DNA of 64,000 nt from the NCBI GenBank assembly GCA_964016885.1, contig OZ024741.1:360158001-360222000 (forward strand), given 5' to 3'. The translations under genes and the position numbers were made by a program. Source of the stretch: Eledone cirrhosa (taxonomy: Eukaryota). The notes beneath the pieces are model-generated. The model saw nothing but the letters and a program-made list of their open reading frames with translations. It searched no databases and was not told where the DNA came from. This document shows positions 63,848 through 64,000 of this stretch, in pieces; the first letter of the stretch is position 1; each line of letters starts with the position of its first letter.

Positions 63848-64000
63848 CTGAAATAAAAAACAGTTTCATAAGAATATTTTACATTTACTGGAATAAACAC
63901 AATCTATATATAACAAATCAATAAAATTAGTCAAAGAAACAAAATATAAAAACAGATGTGCACTTTCAATTATGTGCTACATCAAGGAATGCTGGTATTT

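Overview
AT-rich, microsatellite- and SINE-dense animal genomic DNA. The repeat families suggest an octopus or other coleoid cephalopod, which is my inference. The whole window lies inside one minus-strand gene, a MAPKBP1/WDR62-family WD40 scaffold protein. I traced by hand about 23 phase-consistent exons plus 3 candidate cassette or micro-exons from 63847 down to 251. They cover the second half of the WD40 region and the low-complexity C-terminal half. The gene start (beyond 64000) and the C-terminal coiled coil (below position 1) are outside the window. The introns hold CR1-clade LINE copies in both orientations, RTE-LINE relics and a CRE-like restriction-endonuclease LINE fragment. They also hold two tRNA-derived SINE families, Tc1/pogo- and piggyBac-like MITEs, and 35-bp and 77-bp minisatellites. 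The most notable items are a young, structurally complete non-coding LTR retroelement (TG..TA ends, tRNA-Trp PBS, duplicated PPT) and a solo-LTR-like insert nested in an inverted CR1. Also notable are a long inverted-CR1 dsRNA stem, a GC-AG intron, and a UGCAUG-rich cluster of small exons. I see no prokaryotic-type system such as CRISPR or an operon. Coordinates were counted by eye and no database searches were run.
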